This document shows, in pieces, positions 35,001 to 45,200 of a DNA stretch of 63,570 nucleotides. The translations under genes and the position numbers were made by a program. How positions within the stretch are numbered: position 1 is the first letter of the stretch; each line of letters begins with the position of its first letter. Source of the DNA: a virus (Duplodnaviria > Caudoviricetes); IMG/VR virus record IMGVR_UViG_3300031997_000009, positions 1 to 63,570 of that record, one strand, 5' to 3'. The notes under the pieces were generated by a model. The model had not been told where the DNA came from. It ran no database searches and was given only the letters and a program-made list of their open reading frames with translations.

Positions 35001-37368
35001 TGACGCCAAAATCGTCGATTTTTGAATCAAAACCGGCATCCTCGTACTTCTTTATCACCGCCGCCAGCTGCTGTGGCTCCCACATCTCGCGGTTGGCCTC
35101 GGCCTTGTCGATTTCGCGCACGAGCGCGTTCATGGCCTGAGCCTCTTCTGGCGTTTTCAGCGTAAAAACAGCCATTCTCTCTTCTGCCGTCCTCGGTTTG
35201 TATCCAAGTGCAACAGCATCTCGGTAATTCTGCTTTTCGGCCTCGTCTTTCAGGACTTCCCGTTCCTTCTGCGCCTCAGTTTTCTGTTTTTTCTTCTTAA
35301 TTTCGACCTTTTCCTTCTTAACCGCGGGCCGGCTCTCATCGGGTATGGTCGGGGCCATGGCCGCGACAGCTTTGATGGCCTCTGGCGACATCGGATCCGA
35401 GTTCACGAGCTCCTCGACTTCGTCGGGCGTGAGCTCTTCGGGCTTTTTCGCTACCCGCTTCGGAGGGACTGCGGCTTCCCCTTCCTTGGGGGTTACGGCA
35501 GGCGCAGGCGGGGGCGCAGGGGGTGGAACGGGGGGTGTGGCGGGTCTTTCCTCGGCTTTTGGGGCCTCGGCGATTTTAGGGGCCTCTGGAGCGGCCGGGG
35601 CTGCAGGGGCAGGCGGAGGCGGTACGGCAGTTTTTGCCTCTTCAGCGGCCTTGGCCTTGGCGGCTTCGGCTTTGGCATCGGCATCGCGCCGGCGATTCTT
35701 AACCTCCTCCACGACCACGCCCTTGTCGCCCTCGTGCAAATCCTCAAAAACGTACTTGGAGGGGTCGCGTTCGACCGCGTCCACGTACTCGCTCGCGGTA
35801 AGTTTAAGATCTTTGAGCGAATGCCGTTCCCGTGGTTTCGGCAGCAGGCCCGCGACTTCGGCAGCCTTTCTCACTCCCCTGCTCACTAAGCCTTCGGGTA
35901 CGCCCCTTATCGCTCCCGGGACCATGCCCATGGCAAAACCCGCGAGAGTGGCGTCGATTCCGTTTCTGACCATCTGGTTCCAGGTCAGGCCCGGGTTCAC
36001 GCCCGTGACCTTGTCGATGAGGTTCTGGCCCATGGTCATGCCGAGCATGGTCGCGGCCGCATTCCTGCCCTCTCCGAGCGCGTGCTTGGACATATTCACA
36101 AGCACGCCCGATACCATCTTCTCCGCAGCCTCTTTCCCGACGGCGGCGCTTGTGGCCTTGAACGCGAGAGCGAGGCGGTTGAATATCCCACCCATTCCAA
36201 CGGTCATAAAGACTGTCTCGACGGCGCCCTTTCCGAATGCCGCGAAATCGGCAATGGTCTCGTCCGGCAGTTTCTCGCCTCCGATAACGCGCTTGAGATA
36301 TTCTTCCTGGCTCTCACCCATCCTCGATACGCCAAGAACCGCGCCCGGAACCAGCATTGGTATCTTCAGGGCCGCGGATGCGGCAAAGCCCACCAGAAGA
36401 GGTATGGATTGCAAGGTCTCGAGTGTGAGAAGTTTTCCGGCTTCCGCTATCTCTCCTTTTTGAATCAGGCTCGATGCGGTCTCGTTGCCGAAGCGCTGCT
36501 CGATAATGTTGTTTTTGGCCTCGACATCGCTCAAGAACTTGTAAACAGGGTTCTCGTCCGCTGTCGGAGGCGTGATCTTTGTTGGAAGATCCGTGCCGAA
36601 ACTGTCATTTATGCCGGCGTTTACGGAGCTAACAGTGATCCACAGGGCCTTGTTGAGCTCGTGTCCGACCATGGCTCCGGATTTAAGCCACGACGCCGTG
36701 CCAGCAGTAAGCACGCCTTTAACGCTCTTCCATGTCCCCGGGGCTTCCACCGGAGTTTCTTTCTCGGGTTCGGCGGCAGGCTTCGTTTCAAGCGCGGCAG
36801 GCTCGGGCTTTTCTTCAATGGGCGCGCCCTCGAAGTCGAGCTTCATGGGTTCGGGCCTGTATTCGGCCACAACCTCCTGCAACGGTCGCCCCGTAGCCAG
36901 GTATGCCGCACGCTTCGCCCTATCGGTTCGGAGGAGTTCGGGTTCGGCGGGAGGTATGGGGGTTTTAACGCCCAGGCCTGGAGCCGAGGGCGCGATTGAG
37001 GTGGGTGGAGCCTCGTGGACTTTAAAACCTCTTACGTCAACGAGTTCGCGCTTTGGAGGCAGAGGCGGAGCCTCGGCAATCCTTTTCTCCCAATCGGGAG
37101 TGATGTCGATCTTGGGGGCAGCCGCGAGTTCTTCCTGGCGCTTGACCTCCGCCTCCCGTTGCTGCAGTTCCGCGACCGGAAGGCCGAGTATGCCGGCCTC
37201 GAGTTCGGGCGTGTAGGTGGGCGGCGGGGCTTGGAAAGCGGCAGCAAGCTGTTCGAGCGTGGCCCCGTCTCTGATGGCGGCGTCGGTGTCGAAATAAGTG
37301 CCAAGAAAATCTTTTATCTGGCTGTCGCTGGCACCATCTCTCCTCGCCGATTCTATATCAAAAGGCAT
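29059..37368 (-). CDS. giant polyvalent virion/ejection protein (zincin HExxxH region, EEIQSDW domain, LPD38-like C-terminus)
   Basis: 2769 aa; LVHEIAGHFG...DEWIA; VLFLEEIQSDW; TVNFNRKG, YKIPLPF, NTDFAGNP, IPFWRR. Confidence 0.85.
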   Translation of the reverse strand: MPFDIESARRDGASDSQIKDFLGTYFDTDAAIRDGATLEQLAAAFQAPPPTYTPELEAGILGLPVAELQQREAEVKRQEELAAAPKIDITPDWEKRIAEAPPLPPKRELVDVRGFKVHEAPPTSIAPSAPGLGVKTPIPPAEPELLRTDRAKRAAYLATGRPLQEVVAEYRPEPMKLDFEGAPIEEKPEPAALETKPAAEPEKETPVEAPGTWKSVKGVLTAGTASWLKSGAMVGHELNKALWITVSSVNAGINDSFGTDLPTKITPPTADENPVYKFLSDVEAKNNIIEQRFGNETASSLIQKGEIAEAGKLLTLETLQSIPLLVGFAASAALKIPMLVPGAVLGVSRMGESQEEYLKRVIGGEKLPDETIADFAAFGKGAVETVFMTVGMGGIFNRLALAFKATSAAVGKEAAEKMVSGVLVNMSKHALGEGRNAAATMLGMTMGQNLIDKVTGVNPGLTWNQMVRNGIDATLAGFAMGMVPGAIRGVPEGLVSRGVRKAAEVAGLLPKPRERHSLKDLKLTASEYVDAVERDPSKYVFEDLHEGDKGVVVEEVKNRRRDADAKAEAAKAKAAEEAKTAVPPPPAPAAPAAPEAPKIAEAPKAEERPATPPVPPPAPPPAPAVTPKEGEAAVPPKRVAKKPEELTPDEVEELVNSDPMSPEAIKAVAAMAPTIPDESRPAVKKEKVEIKKKKQKTEAQKEREVLKDEAEKQNYRDAVALGYKPRTAEERMAVFTLKTPEEAQAMNALVREIDKAEANREMWEPQQLAAVIKKYEDAGFDSKIDDFGVKQKVDGIRQQLHDDGYTKSGQSYEVRDYLAQKKVFTQVGIAVEGEGGYMTAEKVKRRVFVADENELKQMARNQIQARRRDVAARGGVSKKKSISEADIAREVEKIRADNIVVTDSELQARARATLTARKEKITEAAIRKEVKRLRDEQQDLEWESEDDARREITNKNEEAARRRAEMKRDNPDGDMEEVSADDWNSLMADLKKVLPNTDVGQWRLSRRNRLVVGAPRPRPSTAVGRAPEIVSKVTATVLEDYFGHYKPENLDIVLDTEGRLPPDAQAEIFMGADGRARVTISSRLPASELRRILVHEIAGHFGASPLIRSDPRIHDVIKRLFEEDRKYFQDTPLNRITEELKSKYKENWLKSKELRDYIERVQVFHTYRDATPDVLMDEWIAKQIERYDARSYTKANVTVKGMIRAFFKRLLQRFGLTEYTRTEEIDAIIRDVLGRLKNKNEREKATTRYAREGGGPTAPTFYSVLKRAFENAPARFDNLKGKQWIQWLDSNKGKLGIKQDEIEWSGIKEFLELVDEAPVERNTIIEYLDGKYDKDKIGPGVPKPEETTMLAVRKMDIPWEGPADGERSFTDPLGNLWQTRPSDFEPTKLRLNFNGRMVDILPQETIDNYIRERNYPGTVPQYMSPLWRLPGGENYGELAISLPGPELAAGPHYPEIKNVLAWIRFNERVDAEGKKVLFLEEIQSDWGQSYRKEGGKYDRIAIETAQATLKRAEERFAVAARELDAISEALKRGEKSDARKEFLARNEYHQAQNDVTDAADHFRELVSTGVSRGPFVTNTKAWVGLALKRAIRYAAERGMDRVAWTTGIQQVARWSKSMRSVLNGVRWGKYDNALAAGPGIEHPRLLAVKKVILDTKRSGEVRVYVDSEGKILDSSSGNNEWIGKPLSELLSNKANAAEIMGKESGEITGKGLTVGGKGFIRFYDEMLPQVADDILRRLGGGKVGKINIPYEARGRAHEEGDFADKGVHENQPAFDITPAMRDKVLYEGQPLFAKEKPMPIDEAAKPAEEIPEQERVRRAEEHIYGRKGAEAPPPAGGALIPKPPPADPMSPEGAYESFTVAGEGIREWFKRKTVDEFARLGFVQKAIQQVRKIPEAFDAYLKQEIMHGKTKAMLDSFRVNYVLPLERAIHDSGMNVREIGIWLYARHAKERNASGAKINPVFAQKVLFNGIEQLNPSSGMFDVIADAIIKQMSVHPEKLAQLYKIEKMVKNINTYHEYVLQKYGLVSAETIKGWNRAWKNYVPLKGFQESEDAQMLGMKGLTAEQIKDLEAEFRPIGGAKGFSVSYKPKTAMGRETMANADNIIANILTQIQKDIITAHRNEVGRAFLGLVMESPNNKVWEIVTPNWKRASNVVVVKVNGEDNIIRINDDALANAMKNMGTMNDSTFAKIVRTAGAYNRFLAGMITRWSPEFIISNFQRDLQEAMINITSEHSAAMAAQIAFGVPRMMKGMYGHLFKEKDVAGKWILKMIGESGITDAQKWAREFSEHGGTVEFVNFNDLESVQKRFVSEINSMDKSAMNNLKKFVFGVKDFVDVMNSAVENGTRLSCFKVMREHGYSPERAAQVAKNLTVNFNRKGEWGATFNALYMFANAAMQGNRRALQILKTPKGVAFTVGLGTMGVGFAEWGRMMMGDENYEKIPLFTRTRNWIIPKADGTYYKIPLPFNFGVFYATGVLFESMTRGVTKPEQATANILSNIVGSFNPLGSGNVAQTMFPTAIRWYEDYRLNTDFAGNPMYPERAMYEKWKPESQMYFKGVSAQSKAVAERLNQITGGSKYRPGMVDITPELFDYFIKQQVGGLGDFLMKGVSSGWKTAQYARGVPGAELPATREIPFWRRIKGAPLPNASKGMFYRKKDELQAYWEQYTDLAASDTEAAKAFLDQNQNEIMAYNLTRYVNTAMSNLNKIAKAARERGDTATEQKTIAQQTDFLNTWAAQMNKLGTGIIPKKKAPQAEVAPAGEGEQPFSIRNQ

Positions 37369-38424
37369 TTATGGTTTCCCGATAACGTATTTGCTCATGT
37401 CCAAAGGCGCGGCCGCTCCGGCTCCGAGCTTATTAATCGCGCTCAACAATGACGCGCCACGATAGATTCCCTGCTGCATCCGGTATTGGTCCAGGTCCGC
37501 GGCGAGGGTGTGAATTTTTTTGTCGATATCCGTGATGCTCTTGTTGATGGCGTCGTCGTCGCCCTTGAGTTCGGCCCACGTCCACGTCTCCATGGACATT
37601 GGGCTCTTTGCTTTTCCGAGCTTACTCTTGAGGGCGAGCTTGGACTGCTGCAGGTCATTTTTTTCCTTGATGAGATTCCTGACGTCGTCTTCTTTTGCGT
37701 CAGCAATTTTTTCCGCCTCCTGCTTGAGCTTCTCCCCCTGAAAGCCCGCTCCCGTTCCAGCAGCCTTAGCCCTGGCCTCGGCCTCTAAAGAAGGCGCGAC
37801 CTTGGCCTGTTCCACGCCCTCGCTTCCGAGATCAGAAGCCTGCACGCCCCTGCGCGCTGCCTCTGCCTTTATCTCTTCGAGTTTCCAACCCGGGTGCTCG
37901 GCCTGTATTTCGCCGTAAACCTTCAGCGCCGCCTGGCTGGCCGTGCCCTTGCGTTGCTGTTCCGCGGTCTTGGCCTGCTCCTCCTGCCTCTTCTCGCCCG
38001 CCTTCCCCTGCAAGGTCTCGGCTGCGGCCACCCGCTTCTCCAGATCCGCGAACATGGCCTTGGCACCGTCCTCGCTCGCGCCGAAGATCGCGGTCTCGAA
38101 CTGATCCTTATCGGGCAGAGCCACATTCAATTTCTCCGCCTGCGCGAATAAGCTCATGCCCACGCCCAGGTGCGCGAGACCCTTGCCGAACTCCTCCGCC
38201 GTGGTCTCCTGTTTCACCACCGGGGCCAGATGAGGCATTTTTTGGATTATTTCGTTTTTGGCCTTCAGCAACAGCTCTTCCTTGTTCTTGGCTTTTTCCC
38301 ATGCCGCGTAATCCTGTGTGGCCTTGTTTACTACCGCACCCGCGCCGACCATGGTTTCGGCGACTTTGCCGTAGGGGCCGGCGATGTCGATGGGCGCATA
38401 CGCCTGTTCGAGAGAAATGGGCAT
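37369..38424 (-). CDS. putative ejection/internal virion protein
   Basis: Ala/Lys/Glu coiled-coil protein between tail genes and the giant protein; start at MPISLEQ. Confidence 0.6.
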   Translation of the reverse strand: MPISLEQAYAPIDIAGPYGKVAETMVGAGAVVNKATQDYAAWEKAKNKEELLLKAKNEIIQKMPHLAPVVKQETTAEEFGKGLAHLGVGMSLFAQAEKLNVALPDKDQFETAIFGASEDGAKAMFADLEKRVAAAETLQGKAGEKRQEEQAKTAEQQRKGTASQAALKVYGEIQAEHPGWKLEEIKAEAARRGVQASDLGSEGVEQAKVAPSLEAEARAKAAGTGAGFQGEKLKQEAEKIADAKEDDVRNLIKEKNDLQQSKLALKSKLGKAKSPMSMETWTWAELKGDDDAINKSITDIDKKIHTLAADLDQYRMQQGIYRGASLLSAINKLGAGAAAPLDMSKYVIGKP

Positions 38425-38426
38425 GA

Positions 38427-39092
38427 TTACCTCCGATAAGTTTGAGCGAGTCCGTAGCGGGTCTTGGGGCTGCTGAAGTGATCCATCATCGACTGCATGA
38501 CCTGTAGCATCTTGTCCCACCTCATCGCCTCTTTCTGCATTCCCAACTGCGCCGTACCCATCTTTTCCGTGTACGCCTGCTGGCGAAGGCCCATGGTCTG
38601 CCCGAATTTCTGTGCCTGCGCCTGCTGCTGCTGCGTGATGTCCCACCTGCGCGTGCCTTCGGCCTCTTGCCTCTCATAGGCGGCCTGCGCCGCGGCCTGC
38701 GCAGCTTTATTGGCCTTCATCTGCTTGTTCGCAGCCCACCAGTTCATGATCAGAGCGCCCACGCCAGTGATGCCGGAAATGATATTGCCAACACCCGCAA
38801 GCGTGCTCCCTATTCCCGATGGCTTTTGTATCTGAGGAGTAGGCGCTTCCGGATACGCCCCGCCGGGCACGGGCACATCTTCCGGTTTCGCGTATGAGGC
38901 CATGGGGAAGCCGAGATTGAAGGAGCCGGTTCCGTACTGGCCCAATGCCGAGCCCTGGCCCTCAGGGTACTGGCCCAGGAACGATGTTCCGGTATCGCCA
39001 GCATTCGATTCCGGCTCGGCCCCCATGGCCAGCACGTCCCAGCCGGATCCGCCCCCATACTGATACCCTATCGGCGCAATCGCTTTTGTCAT
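38427..39092 (-). CDS. putative DNA-pilot/ejection protein
   Basis: Gly-rich hydrophobic segment followed by a Gln/Ala-rich helix. Confidence 0.6.
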   Translation of the reverse strand: MTKAIAPIGYQYGGGSGWDVLAMGAEPESNAGDTGTSFLGQYPEGQGSALGQYGTGSFNLGFPMASYAKPEDVPVPGGAYPEAPTPQIQKPSGIGSTLAGVGNIISGITGVGALIMNWWAANKQMKANKAAQAAAQAAYERQEAEGTRRWDITQQQQAQAQKFGQTMGLRQQAYTEKMGTAQLGMQKEAMRWDKMLQVMQSMMDHFSSPKTRYGLAQTYRR

Positions 39093-39109
39093 ATCTTCTC
39101 CTTTTATTA

Positions 39110-41605
39110 TCAGGCGTACTGGCGCGTGAACGCGTTTTCAAAGGCACCGTCGTCAAGATACTGGAGCTTAATAGTCCAGTTTCTTTCGTTTTTGCTTCCG
39201 GGCGGGGACGTATAATATTTGTAGTCGGCCGAAACTACCTTTGCCGGTCTTCCGTTGATGGTTATGACGCTGCCAACCTTGTTGCCGGGATTCTGGTCGG
39301 CCCCCCAATAAGAATTGGGGACAATGATTACGTTCTTTAACGTACTGCTTGCTACTTTGGCCTTCCAATCGCCAAATTTATATGTAACGGAAGCGGCCTG
39401 CGTCCCATTCCATTTTGAAATGGCTCTGGAATTAAGGGCCGTCTTCACGTTTTCATTGTTGGCGTAGTCCTTGTTTCCAACCGGGTCGGCTATTACCTTG
39501 TTTACCACCCAGGCCGTAGCGGTAGCGTTTCCGGCGTCCACATACTCCGTTATGACGGCGGCGTTGGCCGTCTTCGTTCCCAGGCTCTTGATGTATTCGT
39601 TGAACAGCGTGCCGTCGATATCGGCGGTGGCGACTTTGGTAAGCATCGCGGTGTTGGATGCGAGCTTGCCGATGTCGGATGCGACAAAGTCCCTGGTTTC
39701 GCCGGTCGCGGTGTTGACGATTACCGTCGCCCCGGAATCGGTTGTGGCAAAAGCGTGGGTGTTATCCATGAACGTGCCAGAGAGCTTGAGTTTCTCCGTC
39801 TCTCCGGTTTCGGGGTTGATATGGGTAATAGGCGCGTCTTCGCCGTCCGCATCCCTGTACGTTGCGTATCCGCCCGTGGCACTGTTGTACACGCTTTCGT
39901 TCTTGATTGCGGCTCCGCCCGCATCGACGTTGGCGGCGGCGGCATCGGCTCCCGCATTCTGCCCGAAAATGGAGTCGAACAGGTCGTTGTCGATCTTGAA
40001 CGTGTGCGTTGTCGAGTTCCAGACCGCGCCGTTGTTCTGGAAGAGCTTGGTCATGTCCGATTTCCAGCCTTCGTAACCCGTGCCCCCGCCGACCTTTGAC
40101 ACGTACTTATTCACTTCGTCCGCGCTTCCCAGACGCGCAACCGCCGCGTCCATGGTCAGGGATTTCTGCCACATCTTGTCGGGGTTGTAGCTGTCCTTGT
40201 AATCCTGCAATGTCTGGGTCGCCCACGCCTGATCCATCGGCACTCCAGGATGCTGGGCCTGCCACATCGACTGCAGGGTAGGAAGCGCCTGATCTATGGT
40301 TGTCGAATCTCCGAAACGGACGATGGTGGCATCGAGGTTATTGCTGGCGGTGTTGAAGGCGTCGGAAAGTTTTGACGCTTTCCCGGCCCGGAACAGGGCC
40401 ATGTCGGGTTCGGATCCGTAGAGATCCCTGTACGCGTTCCTGTATTCGTTCTCGTCTCCTCCAGCCGTCGCGGCGTCGAGCCTGGTTTGAGCGTGCTGGC
40501 GCTGTTGCGTCTGCTGTGTCTGCGCAGCCGTTACCAGGGCTTGAGCGGCAGGGAGTTCCTGGGCCATGGCCTGCTGGCTTATGTCTTTCGTTATCTGCGC
40601 TTCCTGAATGCGACCGGCTCTTTCCGATGTCGCAAGTGCGGCGGCCGTGGCTTCCGGGCTGAGGCCGAGTTGGTTCGCGCGCATCTGAGTCTCGGCCACA
40701 TCCGTAGCCGACCGGGTGGCCGCGGGCTCGAGAGCGCTCTTGAGCATGGATTCATAAACCGGGCTTTTGCCGGCCGCCGTAGAACGCAGAATGTCTATTC
40801 CCAGATCCGCGTCCGTATTCCCTCCGGATATTGGAGGAAGCGAAGACGATAATACCGAAGATGTCGATCCCGCACCCGTACCCGTGACCGGGTCCACGTC
40901 CGTATCTTCTCCCGGCTCGCCTCCGGCCTGGAAACTCGTTCGGATATTACTTATGGGTTCGGTCTTCTTGTCTCCGTCTTCGAGGGCGAGAATGGGTTTG
41001 AGGCTCCGGATCTGGGCTTGATTTCCCTGCGACTGCGTCACCCTCTTCTTGGCGGCTTCAATCATAAGCTGTTCTACCTTGTCCGGACCGCCGATGATGT
41101 TGACCATGGGCGCGTTGACATAGTATTCACCCTCGTGATCCACGAACGTCTTTTCGTTCACTTCCTTATCCGCAACGACCTTATCTCCGTCGTCTCCGGT
41201 GTAGGCTCCGGGCTCAGAATCGACTATGGCGGCCATGCCCCCGACGGCGTACCCGCGCTTGCGCCTGTGCCCGGCCCTTATCGAACCTTCGTAACCGAGA
41301 GCTTTCGTGGCGATAGCAAACGCAGAATCGTCGGGCCTGCCTTCGGCCTTGAGTTTTTCCGCCAATCTCTTGAATTTTTCCGTATGCACTCCGCCTCCCC
41401 CGGCTTTGCCGGAAGAAGACGAGGAGCGGCTCGCGCCTGCGGACATGGGCGATGGGGCGGAAGATGGGCCGCTGATTTCGGGAACGCGTCTAATGGGGGC
41501 GTGCGAATACTGTTCTTTGCGCTTGCGCTGGTACTGGCTCATGGGCCCGCCCTTCATGGCTTCGGGTAAGAGTTCGATCCAGAGCACATCGGAAGACTTG
41601 TCCAT
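39110..41605 (-). CDS. putative internal virion protein
   Basis: 831 aa; YAVGG/FQAGG motifs, HEGEYYVNA motif, Ala/Gln helices. Confidence 0.65.
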   Translation of the reverse strand: MDKSSDVLWIELLPEAMKGGPMSQYQRKRKEQYSHAPIRRVPEISGPSSAPSPMSAGASRSSSSSGKAGGGGVHTEKFKRLAEKLKAEGRPDDSAFAIATKALGYEGSIRAGHRRKRGYAVGGMAAIVDSEPGAYTGDDGDKVVADKEVNEKTFVDHEGEYYVNAPMVNIIGGPDKVEQLMIEAAKKRVTQSQGNQAQIRSLKPILALEDGDKKTEPISNIRTSFQAGGEPGEDTDVDPVTGTGAGSTSSVLSSSLPPISGGNTDADLGIDILRSTAAGKSPVYESMLKSALEPAATRSATDVAETQMRANQLGLSPEATAAALATSERAGRIQEAQITKDISQQAMAQELPAAQALVTAAQTQQTQQRQHAQTRLDAATAGGDENEYRNAYRDLYGSEPDMALFRAGKASKLSDAFNTASNNLDATIVRFGDSTTIDQALPTLQSMWQAQHPGVPMDQAWATQTLQDYKDSYNPDKMWQKSLTMDAAVARLGSADEVNKYVSKVGGGTGYEGWKSDMTKLFQNNGAVWNSTTHTFKIDNDLFDSIFGQNAGADAAAANVDAGGAAIKNESVYNSATGGYATYRDADGEDAPITHINPETGETEKLKLSGTFMDNTHAFATTDSGATVIVNTATGETRDFVASDIGKLASNTAMLTKVATADIDGTLFNEYIKSLGTKTANAAVITEYVDAGNATATAWVVNKVIADPVGNKDYANNENVKTALNSRAISKWNGTQAASVTYKFGDWKAKVASSTLKNVIIVPNSYWGADQNPGNKVGSVITINGRPAKVVSADYKYYTSPPGSKNERNWTIKLQYLDDGAFENAFTRQYA

Positions 41606-41618
41606 ATCACGCTCCTGT

Positions 41619-41777
41619 TTATAGCTTGTCGATTCTGTCTTTAATGTCCATCAGCGTACGCCAGATTGTTTCAAAATTCTTTTGAATAATCAGATTCGCC
41701 TTTCTCTGATCTGCTCCCGCGGGCAAATCCATGAGCCTGCTCTTTTCCGCCGCCTGCCTGTACGTGTTCTCGGCCAT
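41619..41777 (-). CDS. small helical virion-associated protein (52 aa)
   Basis: translated by hand: MAENTYRQ...DIKDRIDKL; GAGG RBS. Confidence 0.55.
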   Translation of the reverse strand: MAENTYRQAAEKSRLMDLPAGADQRKANLIIQKNFETIWRTLMDIKDRIDKL

Positions 41778-41778
41778 A

Positions 41779-42273
41779 TTACCTCAACGGCAACAGGGAC
41801 CGGCCCTGGTTCTGGTAAATGTCGTCGTAGTAGTAGTCGGACGCGGCCTTTGGGATGTCTCTGTCCAGCACGCGTATGTCAAACATCTTCGCCGTGCTGT
41901 ATTCGCCGATATGTACCACGCCACCATAATTGATGTGGATTAAGGGTATGGGCGCGAGATCGGTTTTGTCCACGGTGATGTAGAGGTTGTCGTCGAGACG
42001 CCGGAGTTTGATTATCGCCCACGCATTCCCGTCTTCCTGCTCCTCCGTGAATGGGAGCATGACCCTGAGATCGTTGATACCGTCCTGGAAGATTAGGTAC
42101 GCGGAATCGCCTTCATGGGCGATGTCGATAATGAGATTTCCACCCTCAAAACGAATGAGCGCTTCGCCCACCGGGGCTGGCGTAAATACATAGAATCCCG
42201 CTGCCGCCACTCTCGGGCTTGCGGAGTCGAAGGCGTATCCGCCGTCGGCGGTTATTCTCGAAACAAAAGCCAT
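41779..42273 (-). CDS. LamG/concanavalin-like beta-sandwich protein
   Basis: W....L.R.....Y..VD...HIG...MFDIRV.DR pattern. Confidence 0.5.
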   Translation of the reverse strand: MAFVSRITADGGYAFDSASPRVAAAGFYVFTPAPVGEALIRFEGGNLIIDIAHEGDSAYLIFQDGINDLRVMLPFTEEQEDGNAWAIIKLRRLDDNLYITVDKTDLAPIPLIHINYGGVVHIGEYSTAKMFDIRVLDRDIPKAASDYYYDDIYQNQGRSLLPLR

Positions 42274-45200
42274 TACGCGCTCTCCATTTTGTCCTTGGTA
42301 AATATCGTCCCGTTATCCGTTACCTTCTCTTTGATAACTGCGACCCCTGCATCGTTGTAAACCGTCCCGTACTTGTTTTCCTCTGTGGGGTCTTCCTGGA
42401 CGAACTTGTTTCTTGCCTTCATATAGGCAAGCATCGCAGCCTCGTCCCTCGTTGGTAGGGCGCCTGCATCACCCGTAAGTTCGGAAAGTTGCTTGTCGCC
42501 GATACTGTCAATGGCCGTATCCACGCTGCCCAGGGCCAGAAGGACCGCGTTCTTGTTGGCCGTCGCAATGGCCTCGCTCGTCGGGTCCGCCGGCAGGTGT
42601 TCGGTCTTGTCCTTAACGGCCAACACATTAACGGATATTCCGTTGACAACAATCTCCGTCCTGTTCGTATTGCCCAGGATTGTTTCTGTGTCTGCTGCTA
42701 TGGAATGAACTTCAACCGCCACGTCGCCGATAGCCGAATCAATGCTTACCAGGCCGTTGTCCAGGCTCGTAAACCTGGGCGCCAGGGTCGTGTCAATGGA
42801 AGTCAGGGCTCCGGTTTCCATGGTCTGCACGTCCGCCTTGATGGTGTTATCGGACTGCAGGGCGTTCCGCAGATATCCGGCCGGCCCGGTTTCATCCTTG
42901 ATTTCCTGGACGTCGGCCTTAATCAAACTCATTCCGAATTCTGTTTTCAGGGCCGCGGCCAGCGCCGTCGCCTTGCTTGCTGTTCCATCAATAGCCTTAA
43001 CGTCCGCCGGCAGGTTTCCGCCTGCAATCAAGGCGTTGTCTATTGACGTAAGGGCGTCGGCTTTTATAGCCTGGACCGTAACCCCTGCAACAAGTACGGT
43101 TGTTTGTCCGTGTATGGTTTCGGTTTCGCCAGCCGCAGAATGGACCTCGATTGCAATATCACCGATTTCGGTGTCAATGGTTGTCAGCGCATTGTTGATA
43201 TCGGTGAACCTGGGCGCCAGGGCCGCGTCAATAGAAGACAAGGCGCCGGCCTCTATCGCCATAACTGTGACAGCGCCGGACGCAAGGGCATCCCAGGAGC
43301 CAGGGCCGTGTGTTAAGGAAAGGGCGGAATCTATTGAGGTTAGGGCGTTTTCTTCAACGATCCTTACCTTTGCCTCGATTATGCCACCAAGTTCCGGATC
43401 TTCTGTTATCGCATCGTTAAGATATTGAGCCTTGTTGGAATCGCCCTTTATTCTCTGCAGGTCTGCCAATATACAGTCATTGGTTGCATCCAGGGCGTCG
43501 TAAAGTGTTTGGGCTTTGGAAGAATTGGTCATTATCCCTATTACGTTTGCCTTTATCGCGCTATCCGAGCCGACAGTTCCCATTGCCTCACCAAGTTGTT
43601 CGGCATCCGTTTTGTTGCCTTGTATGGACTCCATGCTGGCACGAACATGGTTATCTCCGTTAAGGCTTTCGGGTTCCGTCCCTTTCCATCTTTTAACATT
43701 CGCCGGTACATCTCCACTTACAAGAAGTGAAACGGCCTCCCCTTCCCATTGTTTTACGTTGGCAGGCTTGTTTCCTCCGGCCACAAGTGCATCATCAATG
43801 GATTGCAGGGCGCCGGCCTGGATCGCCATGACCGTCACAGGACCGCTTGCCAATGCGTCCCAGGAACCAGGGCCGTGGACCAAGGACAGGGCTGCGTCAA
43901 TGGACTGTAAGGCGTCGATTCCGATAGACCCAACCGACACGTCGCCTACTGGCACTTCAGACAAGGGGTAGAATCCATCCACGTCCACGCCAGTTCCGTT
44001 TACAAGTTCTCCAGATCCACCGCGGATTACAATCGCGCTCGGATAGGTGCAGGATGCGTCAATGACGATCTTCCCTTCAAATCCGTTTAGCCGCACCTTC
44101 TTGTTCGCGGTCGTCACATTGGCAATAGTAAGAATGCCTTTGCACTTCTGGAGACTTACTATCGTGCTTGTTACCACACCCATATTCAAGGTGGCGTCGT
44201 TGAATGCCGTATCCTCAATGCTCTCCGCGGTGCTGCTTGTATCGGGCCGGATCGTTATACCTGAAAGTACGACGCTCTGTTGAATCCTGCAATTCCTGGG
44301 ATAAAGCCCTCCGTAAATAACGCAGCGCAAGAACATTGCCGTCCGAGAGTCTTCTGTTCCCTTTACTCTCAAGTTCTCGTAAGTCGCCCCCTCATTAGCT
44401 TCCAGAGCAAGGCCTCCGGCAAGCGGAGAATCTGCCCCTACAATATGCCTATACGCAAAGTCACTGTGAGCGATTGTGCGCTCCGAAGTCCCCACCTTAA
44501 CCTTGATCCTGGACAACTTGTTTGCTGACGCAATCGCCGAAGCGTCACCAGAGTTATCAACGGGGTATTTTGCCGTTCCAGTCGGGAAACTGAATCCAGA
44601 AATTCCGCTGTCGAAGTCCAGATAAACAAAGCCGTCATTGAAGTTGGGCTGCCCGTTGTATCCTGTCCCGGTTATGAAGTTGTCTCTGGCATTGGTCGCT
44701 GCGGTAGCATCTCCGTCCAATGCTTTCACGTCAGAAGGCAGGTTGGCACCGGATGCAAGGGCGGCGTCGATAGAAGAAAGGACATTTACTCCGATTGCCT
44801 GAACGTCCGCTGGCAGGTTCCCGCCGGCCATAAGTGCGCTGTCGATGCTTGAAAGCGCGTCGGTCTGAATTGCATATACGTCCGCTTTTATGGTCCCTGA
44901 TTCGCCGTCGCCTTGCAGCGCTGCCCTTAACGCATGGGCCTTTACGTCGTCAGAGTCTATCGCCTTAACGTCTGCTTTTACTTTGTCCGGGGAAATGAGG
45001 GCATTATAAAGAGTATTGGCTTTCCCCTCATCACCGGAAATACGCATAACATTTACGTCCATAAGTTCCATGCCAAGATTAAGCGCCTTTTCCAAAGTCT
45101 CGGCTTTTGCGGTATTGCTGTTTATGGCCTTAATATCCACCGGCAGGTTCCCACCTGCCATGAGAGCGTCATCAATGCTGGAAAGGGCATCGGTGCTGAT

